From a virus, in the IMG/VR virus record IMGVR_UViG_3300032893_000004, positions 1 to 64,000 of that record: a DNA stretch of 64,000 bases; one strand, 5' to 3'. Position 1 is the first letter of the stretch. The number at the start of each line of letters is the position of its first letter. The notes below the pieces were generated by a model. That model was given only the letters and a program-made list of their open reading frames with translations, was not told the origin of the DNA and did no database searches. This document shows positions 18,491 to 26,350 of the stretch, piece by piece. Both the position numbers and the translations under genes were made by a program.

Positions 18491-18605
18491 ATAGTTGAGG
18501 ACCCATACAAAACTCGGTCGACGTACCGTTTACGAAAAAAGGGACTCGCCGGACATGGCACTACCCAATCGTCTACCTGGGCTATAAGAGCGTCACCTCA
18601 ACTAT
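18491..18605 (-). ncRNA. end-paired multi-stem RNA candidate
   Basis: 10-bp terminal IR ATAGTTGAGG/CCTCAACTAT; internal GCTC..TAGCCC..GGGTA..GAGT. Confidence 0.5.
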
Positions 18606-18618
18606 CCAAAACCAAAAA

Positions 18619-19048
18619 TGGTGGAACTGGCGGGAATCGAACCCGCGTCCATAAGAAGCTCCGATGCCAGTCTACACGCGTAGCCCTGCATATTTATCGT
18701 CTCCGGGCTAAGACTAGGGCGACCGGCTAAGGTCACCTCCACCACCCCGTATTTTTCAACGACTACGGGAAAGAGCCGGACTGCCGTTTTTCGTTCCCAG
18801 TTCGGCGACTGGGTTCCGCCTGATTTATCGTGGTGCGGCTGCGCTTCCACTATCGCATCTGGGTTACAGTCTGCTGCGAGAGACCGCCGATTCTGCCTTC
18901 TGGACTTCCTCGGTCCTTACCGCCGTTTTTAGGCAGCGGCTTGGAATTCGTATTCGTTGTCGAATACTGTTTGGGCTTTTTACGTGGCCAGCCCACCACG
19001 GCGTGCGTAACATCTTCGCTGATCCCATGTCGAAGCCAGATCAGTCCC
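18619..19048 (-). ncRNA. ssrA: tmRNA (430 nt), tag peptide (A)DNEYEFQAAA at 18961-18929
   Basis: 5' GGGACTGATCTGGCTTCGAC; 3' GACGCGGGTTCGATTCCCGCCAGTTCCACCA; G3-U wobble; tag ORF ending Ala-Ala-Ala-TAA. Confidence 0.95.
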
Positions 19049-19054
19049 ATCTAA

Positions 19055-19063
19055 GAGATTAGG
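19055..19063 (-). promoter_or_regulatory. putative late promoter motif CCTAATCTC
   Basis: 6 nt upstream of tmRNA 5' end. Confidence 0.7.
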
Positions 19064-19080
19064 CTAGAATGTGAAAGTTG

Positions 19081-19314
19081 TCAACCGAGAATATCGTCCA
19101 TCGCGTCGGCAACCTTGGGAAGATCGTCGTAGTAGACCTCCTCGTACACGGCTCCGGAAAGCTTGTCGAGCTTGGCGACCAGATCGCCCTCGGCGATGAC
19201 CTTGACCTTCACACCGTTGACTCCGCCTTTAGTATGAGCGTCCGTGATCCATTTCGGATACTCGGGCGTCTGAATCTCGACTACTAGAGTAACTATTCTA
19301 CCGACGTTGCTCAT
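19081..19314 (-). CDS. hypothetical protein
   Basis: ATGA overlap chain. Confidence 0.7.
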   Translation of the reverse strand: MSNVGRIVTLVVEIQTPEYPKWITDAHTKGGVNGVKVKVIAEGDLVAKLDKLSGAVYEEVYYDDLPKVADAMDDILG

Positions 19315-19550
19315 GACCGTTCGCTCGGATATTCTTCTTTGATGGTCTGTAAAACAGACTCAAGCGACAAAACCAGGACCTCGTAGTTGAGATTCCGGGC
19401 GTACTGGAGGGCGTCGTAGATCCTGCCTTGCTGGAGATACTCGATCAACTTCGGATCGTACGGACCGGATCGGACGCAGTAGTCGATTATCGGCTTGCCG
19501 AGTTCTACCCCGCGAGCGACCTTCTCCTTGATGATGCGTGCGTAGCTCAC
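19311..19550 (-). CDS. hypothetical protein
   Basis: GTGA overlap chain. Confidence 0.7.
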   Translation of the reverse strand: MSYARIIKEKVARGVELGKPIIDYCVRSGPYDPKLIEYLQQGRIYDALQYARNLNYEVLVLSLESVLQTIKEEYPSERS

Positions 19551-19819
19551 TTGCGATCTCGCTCTTCGTTACAGATCTCGATCATGAAGCGGATAGCCAT
19601 GGCGGCTACCTGCTTTGCTTCTTTGCGAAGATCTTCCAGGTTCCGATTCTTCTGTTTCTGGAACACGATGGCTTCTAGTTCGCGAAACTCTTCGGCGATA
19701 ACTCCGTATCCCTCGTGAGCAGAGTTCATAGGAGGCCAGTTCTTCATGGCATTGTCGAGTTCGGATTCCACATCCCGAAGAGCTAGCGTCTTAAGTGTCG
19801 GTAATTTTATAGTACTCAT
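19547..19819 (-). CDS. MazG-like all-alpha NTP pyrophosphohydrolase-family protein
   Basis: SAHEGYGVIAEEFREL...LRKEAKQVAAMAIRF. Confidence 0.65.
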   Translation of the reverse strand: MSTIKLPTLKTLALRDVESELDNAMKNWPPMNSAHEGYGVIAEEFRELEAIVFQKQKNRNLEDLRKEAKQVAAMAIRFMIEICNEERDRK

Positions 19820-20088
19820 CGGATATACCTCTCTACTTGTTTGTACCAGCCGAACAGCACAGCTGGTACGGTTACTCGTTCCACATCTAGTTCGAAGTAG
19901 ATGGGCATCATCTCGGCCGTAACTGTGACGTGCTCGGGCGCGAACTTCTGATCCGTTTCTATCTTGACGCGGTAGTAGTTTAGGATCGAGTCGTATTCTC
20001 GGACCACGGCCGGAGTCTTAGCGTACACGTCGTGCTTGTCTCGGAAAGCAGGCGTGGTTAGAAGTCTGGTCCCCACAGCGTACTTCAT
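19816..20088 (-). CDS. hypothetical protein
   Basis: ATGA overlap. Confidence 0.7.
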   Translation of the reverse strand: MKYAVGTRLLTTPAFRDKHDVYAKTPAVVREYDSILNYYRVKIETDQKFAPEHVTVTAEMMPIYFELDVERVTVPAVLFGWYKQVERYIR

Positions 20089-20375
20089 TCCATCTCCTTC
20101 AGCGCGTCGTTCGATGATTTGACCAGCGAGTAAAAGGATATCGCAGCGTTTTCACCTACGTCGAAGCTTGTGTGATGAACCCCGTCTTCGTCCACGGCTC
20201 GGATCTGATAGATTCCTTCGTCGATCTTAACCACTTCTGTAACTGTCTTGGTGCCGTACGAATCTCGGCCGAACGCACCGCACAGGTAGCCGTACAGTTC
20301 GGCACCAGGCGAAACCTGCTCTCGGGCGCATGATTCCGTCGAATATTTTGCCTCCCGCTGCATCAGTTTAATCAC
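20085..20375 (-). CDS. hypothetical protein
   Basis: LYGYLCGAFGRDSYG motif; overlap chain. Confidence 0.7.
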   Translation of the reverse strand: MIKLMQREAKYSTESCAREQVSPGAELYGYLCGAFGRDSYGTKTVTEVVKIDEGIYQIRAVDEDGVHHTSFDVGENAAISFYSLVKSSNDALKEME

Positions 20376-20689
20376 ACTTCAACCACCGGGACATCTACCC
20401 ACTCGGACACAGGATTGCCGCCGTTGCCGGGAACGGTGAAGATCTCGTCCGTCTCTACGACTTCCTGCTGGAGAGTGTCGATCTTATAGGACATGCCGTC
20501 GCCGTCGTAGTCGGTGACAGTCTGTCGCTTGATGCGGAAGTTGTTCGTCTTCGTCTTGATGCGGTTAGGCTTAGCTGCCGGTCCGTTGACGGTCATTGCG
20601 ATATCTCCGTCACCATCTGTGAATATACCCTCGCCCATGTATCCTCCTGGGAATGTGTGTAAGCTACCATCGAAACGGCAACCCGTCAA
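20372..20689 (-). CDS. hypothetical protein
   Basis: Operon packing; start may be the ATG after AGGAGG. Confidence 0.65.
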   Translation of the reverse strand: MTGCRFDGSLHTFPGGYMGEGIFTDGDGDIAMTVNGPAAKPNRIKTKTNNFRIKRQTVTDYDGDGMSYKIDTLQQEVVETDEIFTVPGNGGNPVSEWVDVPVVEV

Positions 20690-20690
20690 G

Positions 20691-21191
20691 CTACTGCGAT
20701 CGCGTCGTACCTTCGACCGAGAAGTGCGTCAGGCCTCTGGCAGATGGATAGACTTTCTCGAACGCGTCGATCGCTTCCTGGTTCGAAGATAGCAGGAATG
20801 TAACTTCTACGTCCATCATGTCCGAGAATACCCGCTTGTACGCCGCGAGACGGTGGTTACCGTCGATCACGACCCAGCAGTGCTTCGTCCAGTCCCACAT
20901 CACCTTGATAGGATCCAGAGGAATGCCTTCGGCGTTGTAGATCGCGATCTTAGCTTCGAGTTCGTCCACCCAACCGGGGTAGTTGATGTCATGCGACGGC
21001 TTGATCAGGCCGAGCTGGAGCCTTCCATTGATGGCGGTCAGCTTGTACTCGGTCGTTATATGGGCGATGTGCATGATGTCACGGCGGTAGGCAACATCCC
21101 AGAAGAATCGGCTGATCGCGTAGTACTTTCGTTTGTGCACTTCCCGACGGGCCGACCGGTACCACCATTGAAAGAACTTGGCGTACCTCAC
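20691..21191 (-). CDS. ParB/sulfiredoxin-like domain protein
   Basis: PIKV...VVIDGNHRLAAY motif. Confidence 0.75.
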   Translation of the reverse strand: MRYAKFFQWWYRSARREVHKRKYYAISRFFWDVAYRRDIMHIAHITTEYKLTAINGRLQLGLIKPSHDINYPGWVDELEAKIAIYNAEGIPLDPIKVMWDWTKHCWVVIDGNHRLAAYKRVFSDMMDVEVTFLLSSNQEAIDAFEKVYPSARGLTHFSVEGTTRSQ

Positions 21192-21415
21192 TCAGGTCTT
21201 CCTTCGAAAGCTGGCGCAGCGTATATAGTTGCGATCTTGTATCCTCCGACGAATTTAAGCATTTCTTTTCGGCCAGCGTAGAATGTTTCGAGACTTGTTC
21301 GGTCTTTTAGAAAAATTTTCACTTCCATCTGGCTGTGGCCGATATCTTTGAGATGAATCATGCTTATGTGATCCGCATCGATGAACAAGTTGTTCGGTAC
21401 CTCGATTAAACGCAT
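21188..21415 (-). CDS. hypothetical protein
   Basis: AAGGAG SD before ATG 21415. Confidence 0.7.
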   Translation of the reverse strand: MRLIEVPNNLFIDADHISMIHLKDIGHSQMEVKIFLKDRTSLETFYAGRKEMLKFVGGYKIATIYAAPAFEGRPE

Positions 21416-21431
21416 TTCTTCTCCTTGTGTG

Positions 21432-21567
21432 AACTTCTGGACGGTTTTAGGGTTCCGGTGTGTTCGCACATCGTCAGGCCACAACGCCCGCTAGTCGCCT
21501 ACAATCCTCGGTATTTGTGCCTCCCGAGGGTATGTCCGGATTCTGTGTTCCGGTCCGCCCATCAGTT
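21432..21567 (-). ncRNA. structured leader RNA candidate (about 136 nt)
   Basis: Ends pair (AACT-GA-TGGGCGG / CCGTCCA-GA-AGTT) around four hairpins; begins at predicted TSS. Confidence 0.5.
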
Positions 21568-21574
21568 CTAAGAT

Positions 21575-21603
21575 AAGCTACCTGTTCGGTTAGGCCTTGT
21601 CAA
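21575..21603 (-). promoter_or_regulatory. sigma70-type promoter
   Basis: TTGACA-17nt-TAGCTT at divergence point. Confidence 0.65.
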
Positions 21604-21641
21604 GCGTTTCAGAATAGCGCACATTTGACTGGTCGACCGCG

Positions 21642-21989
21642 ATGCGGTACAGTGACGTGATGAGAGTTCCTTTCGGATTGAAATTCTGGCGTAAGACCCC
21701 GTTCGAGGTTGACAGCGGCGGCATCTATACGGTACCTGTGGCGGGTAAATATCAAGTAAAATCCGAGAGTTACAGGTACCGTGCTACCGGCAAGTTCGAG
21801 GTCATACCGAACCCGAAGCACAGCTTCTGGATGCCGTGGCGACCTAAGACGATCACCCGCGAGATATTCGAAGAGATCAAAGAGCGCGAGATCGGCGAGA
21901 TCAGGCTCTACAAGGCCGGCGAATCGATCAATCTGGAAGATTTCGACAATAAAGTAAAACCAGGAGAAGACGATGGCAGCGGACAATAA
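21642..21989 (+). CDS. hypothetical protein
   Basis: First ORF of + strand block. Confidence 0.65.
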   Translation: MRYSDVMRVPFGLKFWRKTPFEVDSGGIYTVPVAGKYQVKSESYRYRATGKFEVIPNPKHSFWMPWRPKTITREIFEEIKEREIGEIRLYKAGESINLEDFDNKVKPGEDDGSGQ

Positions 21990-22158
21990 GTTGATTACAC
22001 TGACGAAACACCTCGAACAGGTTAGATCGCGGCTCACGTCCGGCTTGGTTCCAGATCGACAGAAGAACCGGGCCGCCGCGTACCGGGAGTGGCTCAAGCT
22101 TGAAGTAAAGCGGACCGAGAAGAAGTTCGAAGGTCTCAAACCCGGAGGCGTCAAATGA
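21973..22158 (+). CDS. hypothetical protein
   Basis: AGGAG SD. Confidence 0.7.
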   Translation: MAADNKLITLTKHLEQVRSRLTSGLVPDRQKNRAAAYREWLKLEVKRTEKKFEGLKPGGVK

Positions 22159-22373
22159 AGCTCTACACGTTCAACTTCCCAGGCCTTGCTCTGGGCGGAG
22201 TAGTCAAGATAATCGCCGGGAACGAAGCGGCCGCCAGAAGACTGGCTATCAAAGAAATCGTAAACGATAAGTCTTTCTACTCGGCCATTCCGGACGAGCA
22301 GATCGAATTGGTTTTCGTGCAGGACGCTCCGCCTCGGGCGTTCGTAGTCCACTACGATAACGGAGATTATTAG
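22155..22373 (+). CDS. hypothetical protein
   Basis: GGAGG SD; ends DNGDY. Confidence 0.75.
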   Translation: MKLYTFNFPGLALGGVVKIIAGNEAAARRLAIKEIVNDKSFYSAIPDEQIELVFVQDAPPRAFVVHYDNGDY

Positions 22374-22601
22374 ATGGAAAACCTCGCTTTAGAGCCCATG
22401 CTGCGCGACTTCTTGCTAGGATCGATATGGATCTGCCTGATGCTCGGCCTCTGCCAAGGGGCTGATGTGGTCAAATTCCTAGACTGGTACCGGCACCGGA
22501 CGATATCCCGAGACTCGCGCAAGCTCGAACGGAAGAGAAGGAAGTTCGCTCTCAGAGCCGCAAAACTCGCAGAGAGAAAGGCGGCGCGGCTTGGCAAATG
22601 A
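22374..22601 (+). CDS. small TM-anchored basic protein
   Basis: One hydrophobic helix and basic tail. Confidence 0.65.
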   Translation: MENLALEPMLRDFLLGSIWICLMLGLCQGADVVKFLDWYRHRTISRDSRKLERKRRKFALRAAKLAERKAARLGK

Positions 22602-22809
22602 AATTAAGTTCTGGGTATTCTTGGAGATGAAGAGTGGCACGCGCCACAAGATCAAAGTCAACGCTTCCGCTGACGATCTCGGCCGTGCGCTAAGCGGTAT
22701 CGACCAAACCTGGAGAGATCCTGCAGCAGTCGGCTATGTGATGTTCGGAGGCAAGTACTTCAGTTCTGGCGACGTGGCTGCGTACTGGACCAAGAAGAGA
22801 TGGTTCTGA
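22591..22809 (+). CDS. hypothetical protein
   Basis: Operon packing. Confidence 0.6.
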   Translation: MANEIKFWVFLEMKSGTRHKIKVNASADDLGRALSGIDQTWRDPAAVGYVMFGGKYFSSGDVAAYWTKKRWF

Positions 22810-22813
22810 TCTA

Positions 22814-22843
22814 TTGACGGAACAGTATCACAAGTGATATGCT
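22814..22843 (+). promoter_or_regulatory. sigma70-type promoter
   Basis: TTGACG-18nt-TATGCT with TGn, before 22855. Confidence 0.55.
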
Positions 22844-22854
22844 AGGGAGGCGTC

Positions 22855-23058
22855 GTGGACAGTTATCAGTTTCGAGACACAGTCAAAGCTTTTGTGGCGG
22901 CCGGCGACCTGCGCGACAAGGTTCTCGCAGAGGAGTTCGAAGTCGCGGAATCCACCGTAGCCAGGTGGGCGACCGGACACGCTCGTCCTAACTGGCGTGT
23001 GATGCGCGAAATCGTCGCTTTCATCGAGAGGTACGTCGATGCCCTCGAACAGTCGTAA
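22855..23058 (+). CDS. XRE-like helix-turn-helix protein
   Basis: LAEEFEVAESTVARWATGHARP. Confidence 0.75.
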   Translation: MDSYQFRDTVKAFVAAGDLRDKVLAEEFEVAESTVARWATGHARPNWRVMREIVAFIERYVDALEQS

Positions 23059-23341
23059 GCCGTTACCTTACCCGTGTCCCTACTGCGACAAGGATGTGAT
23101 GCTCTGGGAGCACATCGGGCGCTGCAACGCGGCCATGATCGAACTCGATCCGAACCTGAAGGAGCAGGCCGACCACCTCAAAGCTCTCCCTGACTCCGAA
23201 GTAGAAGGCATGATCGACTACACGATGCGAGTATACGAGAAGATCTTCGAAGCTAAAACGGGCCGGCGTCCGAACATCGAGGAGCTGGATCACATTCGCA
23301 GTCAAGTGACCGACAACCTTAAAAGAATTCGAGGAAGATGA
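23039..23341 (+). CDS. zinc-finger-containing protein
   Basis: CPYC...HIGRC. Confidence 0.65.
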   Translation: MPSNSRKPLPYPCPYCDKDVMLWEHIGRCNAAMIELDPNLKEQADHLKALPDSEVEGMIDYTMRVYEKIFEAKTGRRPNIEELDHIRSQVTDNLKRIRGR

Positions 23342-23562
23342 TGCGCAAACCTTGCAAGACCCGACGATCGATACTGCTGCACTTGACCAAGCGAATCAAG
23401 CGGCTGAAGGAGAAGCACTCCAACACGGCGAAGCTGATACGATCCCGACAGGCCGACGGCTTACGCGTCGCCGGTCTGATCGAATGGCAAGGTCGAATCG
23501 CAGCGTGCCTGGTAGAGGTTTGGCGCCTGAAGCGACAGATCGAAGGCAAGGCTCCGCGATGA
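23338..23562 (+). CDS. basic hypothetical protein
   Basis: ATGA overlap. Confidence 0.6.
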   Translation: MMRKPCKTRRSILLHLTKRIKRLKEKHSNTAKLIRSRQADGLRVAGLIEWQGRIAACLVEVWRLKRQIEGKAPR

Positions 23563-24149
23563 GACCGCTCCTGTTCCTTCTGCTGACGTCGTGTGCGTTC
23601 CAACCTAGCCAGGACCCGAGAACCATCGTCGGCGTAGATCCGGCGGCAGCACCGTACGTGGCCTCATTCGAGTCGGCACTCGGCTCCTCGATAGGCGATA
23701 TCCCGGTTGCACTCACGACGGACATCCAGTCTGCTCCAGGAGTGACCTCAAGCGACGTGGTAGGCGTCTGCGAGGCTTGGATCACGTCATCGGGCACCTA
23801 CAAGGAAGTGCTATTGGACTACGACTTCTTCACGAATTCTAACGATGCGGGCCGAACCGCCCTGGTCTGGCACGAACTTGGCCACTGCGTGCTCAACCGC
23901 GCCCACAACTTAGAAGCCACCAACTCGTCCTCGTGCGTGCCGGCGCAGTCGCTGCCGATGTCTTGGATGTACCCGTACGTGTTCTTCACCGAAGACGCTT
24001 ACGTGACCGCACCTGCTGACAGCTGCATGGAGCCGTACTACGAAGGCGAGATGTTTACCACTTCGGACTGGATTCCGTGGCTGACAGATGATATGGTGAT
24101 AGCCAGAGCAGCCGGCGATCCGGACTGGGTAGTGCATGACATCAGATAA
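23559..24149 (+). CDS. lipoprotein zinc metallopeptidase (probable paralogue of 3626-4180)
   Basis: Start 23559, lipobox LTSC; HELGHCVLNRAH; SWMYP Met-turn. Confidence 0.75.
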   Translation: MRPLLFLLLTSCAFQPSQDPRTIVGVDPAAAPYVASFESALGSSIGDIPVALTTDIQSAPGVTSSDVVGVCEAWITSSGTYKEVLLDYDFFTNSNDAGRTALVWHELGHCVLNRAHNLEATNSSSCVPAQSLPMSWMYPYVFFTEDAYVTAPADSCMEPYYEGEMFTTSDWIPWLTDDMVIARAAGDPDWVVHDIR

Positions 24150-24480
24150 AACGAAAGCGATCACGATCAACGTGACCAAGCTGTTCCTGACGACCGATCG
24201 GGTAGCGTTCAAATCTTCTCCGACGTCGTGCCCGAGACGCACCAAGTACACAGCCGTGCCGCAGAAGGTCTACGTCGCGAAGTTGAAGCCGTTGGCCAAG
24301 CAACAGCAGTTCGCGATGAAGAAATTTTCGCTTATCACGAAGAAGCTACGCGAGAACTGTCACCATCCGAAGAGCGCTCGCAAGCGATATGTGGAAGTTA
24401 TTCAGTCAGGTATCTTAGGCATGTACGAGTCCGAGATAACGCACGAGTTCTGCGGCCACTACATCGGAGACATCCCGTGA
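24136..24480 (+). CDS. hypothetical protein
   Basis: Operon packing. Confidence 0.6.
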   Translation: MTSDKTKAITINVTKLFLTTDRVAFKSSPTSCPRRTKYTAVPQKVYVAKLKPLAKQQQFAMKKFSLITKKLRENCHHPKSARKRYVEVIQSGILGMYESEITHEFCGHYIGDIP

Positions 24481-24734
24481 AAGCCGTTCTAATTGCTGCC
24501 GCGAAGTTCGCCAAAGAATACGTTTTCGTGCCCAACGAGAAGATGCGTGCTCAGTTGTACCACGTCTTCAAATCCGGCTGGAACGCTGGAATCCGAGAGA
24601 GCGAGGAAGTTCAGGATCTGCTGAAGGCATTGGAATTGATACGTTCTCCGACCATGGATCCGAAATGGCCAGCGTACGGCGCGATCAGCATCGCGAACAA
24701 GGCCTTGGCCGCTTATAAAAAGAGTATTGAATGA
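24477..24734 (+). CDS. hypothetical protein
   Basis: GTGA overlap start. Confidence 0.65.
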   Translation: MKAVLIAAAKFAKEYVFVPNEKMRAQLYHVFKSGWNAGIRESEEVQDLLKALELIRSPTMDPKWPAYGAISIANKALAAYKKSIE

Positions 24735-25201
24735 AGCTACTCTGTCACGAGTGCGGCGCTTCTTGCGCTACCGAGATCCCTAAGAATTCGGTTATACGAG
24801 CGTACGTGATCTGCGGCGACTGCATGAACAAGGTGCCGGAGTATCTCTGGCAGAACATGATCGCTGCGATCCACTCGGACGGATCGAAGCGGTTCCAGGA
24901 AACGCCGGACGATGGTATGTTTGCGGGCTACGAGGAAGGATCGTCTAGAACTATCGATTTGAAAGGCGTCCCGATGACCGCCGAGAGTATCAAGGAATCA
25001 ATCGACACCGCCTTAGCCAAGGAAAGTATCCTACCGGCAATCAACTGTCCCGTCATCGCACTGGCGAATCTCTCCAAGAACGACCGCAGGGAATACAGAC
25101 TCTTCTTGCGTTACCTGAAACTACGTGATAAGTACGGTGATGCGGTGCTACTAACCCGCCCGTTCTGGCGGAAATACCTGCTGGGAGAAAACGAAGGATG
25201 A
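24731..25201 (+). CDS. zinc-ribbon protein
   Basis: CHEC...CGDC. Confidence 0.7.
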   Translation: MKLLCHECGASCATEIPKNSVIRAYVICGDCMNKVPEYLWQNMIAAIHSDGSKRFQETPDDGMFAGYEEGSSRTIDLKGVPMTAESIKESIDTALAKESILPAINCPVIALANLSKNDRREYRLFLRYLKLRDKYGDAVLLTRPFWRKYLLGENEG

Positions 25202-25473
25202 GCGACATCATAACACGAGAAAAACAGCTCCTGGACGTCTTACGTCAGATCCGCGACGCCCGCGAAGTCCTTGTTCGCGGAGGCTTGACCTACCAGGAAA
25301 TCGAATCCTTGATTCTGTCTGGAAAGACCATAGTTGGCAACTTGCCGACAGTCGAAGCTCAACTCACCGTGTATGACAAGCTGACCCATCTTGGCTTGAC
25401 GGTGACTTCCGGGCGCAGGTCGATCTGGACGGACGAAGAAAAGTGTGAGTATTACCTGGATGTGTCGCTGTGA
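25198..25473 (+). CDS. hypothetical protein
   Basis: ATGA overlap. Confidence 0.7.
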   Translation: MSDIITREKQLLDVLRQIRDAREVLVRGGLTYQEIESLILSGKTIVGNLPTVEAQLTVYDKLTHLGLTVTSGRRSIWTDEEKCEYYLDVSL

Positions 25474-25649
25474 AGACACATCAGTTGATCCTGTTCTTGA
25501 TCGTGGCACTAGGCTGCACTTCGTGTGACGGCAGCTACGAGTTCGCCAAGCGAGAATGCGCAGCCAGAAAGTCTCAGCTCAAGAACTGGATTCGCGATTT
25601 TACCGGCGGATCTTTCTCGTGCGAAGACGGGTTTCGGTACAATGAGTAA
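25470..25649 (+). CDS. small lipoprotein (59 aa, not in ORF track)
   Basis: MKTHQLILFLIVALGCTSC lipobox; GTGA overlap. Confidence 0.6.
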   Translation: MKTHQLILFLIVALGCTSCDGSYEFAKRECAARKSQLKNWIRDFTGGSFSCEDGFRYNE

Positions 25650-25857
25650 AGAATACGGCATCCTGATTTCCACCGAACCGACCTGGCAGGACCGAGCGAT
25701 GGATCTGATCCACCAGCTCAAAGCCGAGTGCGATCGGCTCCAGGAGATCGTGGACGCTCAGGACAAGATCATCCACCTGCAGAAGTCTCAGATGGAATTA
25801 GCTAAAGACCTGGTAAACGCGCTGAATGTGCGTATGCCGCTATCCGGGAGGTTCTGA
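25642..25857 (+). CDS. coiled-coil protein
   Basis: ATG 25642, heptad pattern. Confidence 0.6.
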   Translation: MSKEYGILISTEPTWQDRAMDLIHQLKAECDRLQEIVDAQDKIIHLQKSQMELAKDLVNALNVRMPLSGRF

Positions 25858-26063
25858 TGATCATTACAGCCGATCAAGTTAAGAAGCTGGTCGACGAGAC
25901 CGGCTGCGGCATGCAAGTAGCCGCTCTAGCCCTGGAAAAGCGAGAGGGCGATCATGTCCTTGCGCGGGAGTTCGTTCAGAGGTATAATCTGGCTGCAGTC
26001 ATGTCCGATGCCAGCCGGTTCCCGCTGTGGCATCGGCACCTGCAAGCGAAGGAGAAGAAGTGA
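25857..26063 (+). CDS. stand-alone EF-Ts N-terminal (UBA-like) domain protein
   Basis: ITADQVKKLVDETGCGMQVAALALEKREGDHVLAREFV resembles EF-Ts IT...VK.LR..TGAGM..CK.AL....GD...A...L. Confidence 0.7.
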   Translation: MIITADQVKKLVDETGCGMQVAALALEKREGDHVLAREFVQRYNLAAVMSDASRFPLWHRHLQAKEKK

Positions 26064-26350
26064 AATATCAAGGAGTAAAGATCCCGAAACCGAACGGCAG
26101 GCCGCAGCTCTGGACGAGAGCCAGCTTTCATACGGACTGCTTCAATCACACCAGTCTACGAATCATCTACCCGGACGGTCACGTCGCGTGGCATTCGATC
26201 GGCAGTTCTTATAGCGCTGATCCTAGCAGATGGGATTCGAAAGGTTGTACTTCGGAATCGACCCAGCTAAAAGCGATCAAGCGCTGCATCGACTACGATT
26301 CTGACAACGGCAAGAGTCATCGCAGACCGTGGTTTCTGGGGTACCTATGA
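26060..26350 (+). CDS. hypothetical protein
   Basis: GTGA overlap, AGGAG SD. Confidence 0.65.
   Translation: MKYQGVKIPKPNGRPQLWTRASFHTDCFNHTSLRIIYPDGHVAWHSIGSSYSADPSRWDSKGCTSESTQLKAIKRCIDYDSDNGKSHRRPWFLGYL

Noticed and set aside
18602-19054. Short ORFs over the tmRNA
   Set aside because: Explained by the tmRNA; only the tag frame is meaningful.
21450-21480. Hammerhead ribozyme (CTGACGA followed by a stem)
   Set aside because: The required GAAA after stem II is absent (CCGGAA).
25010-25090. DnaB helicase (AKE...INCPVIALANLS resembles a DnaB motif)
   Set aside because: No Walker motifs or other helicase features in this 156-aa ORF.
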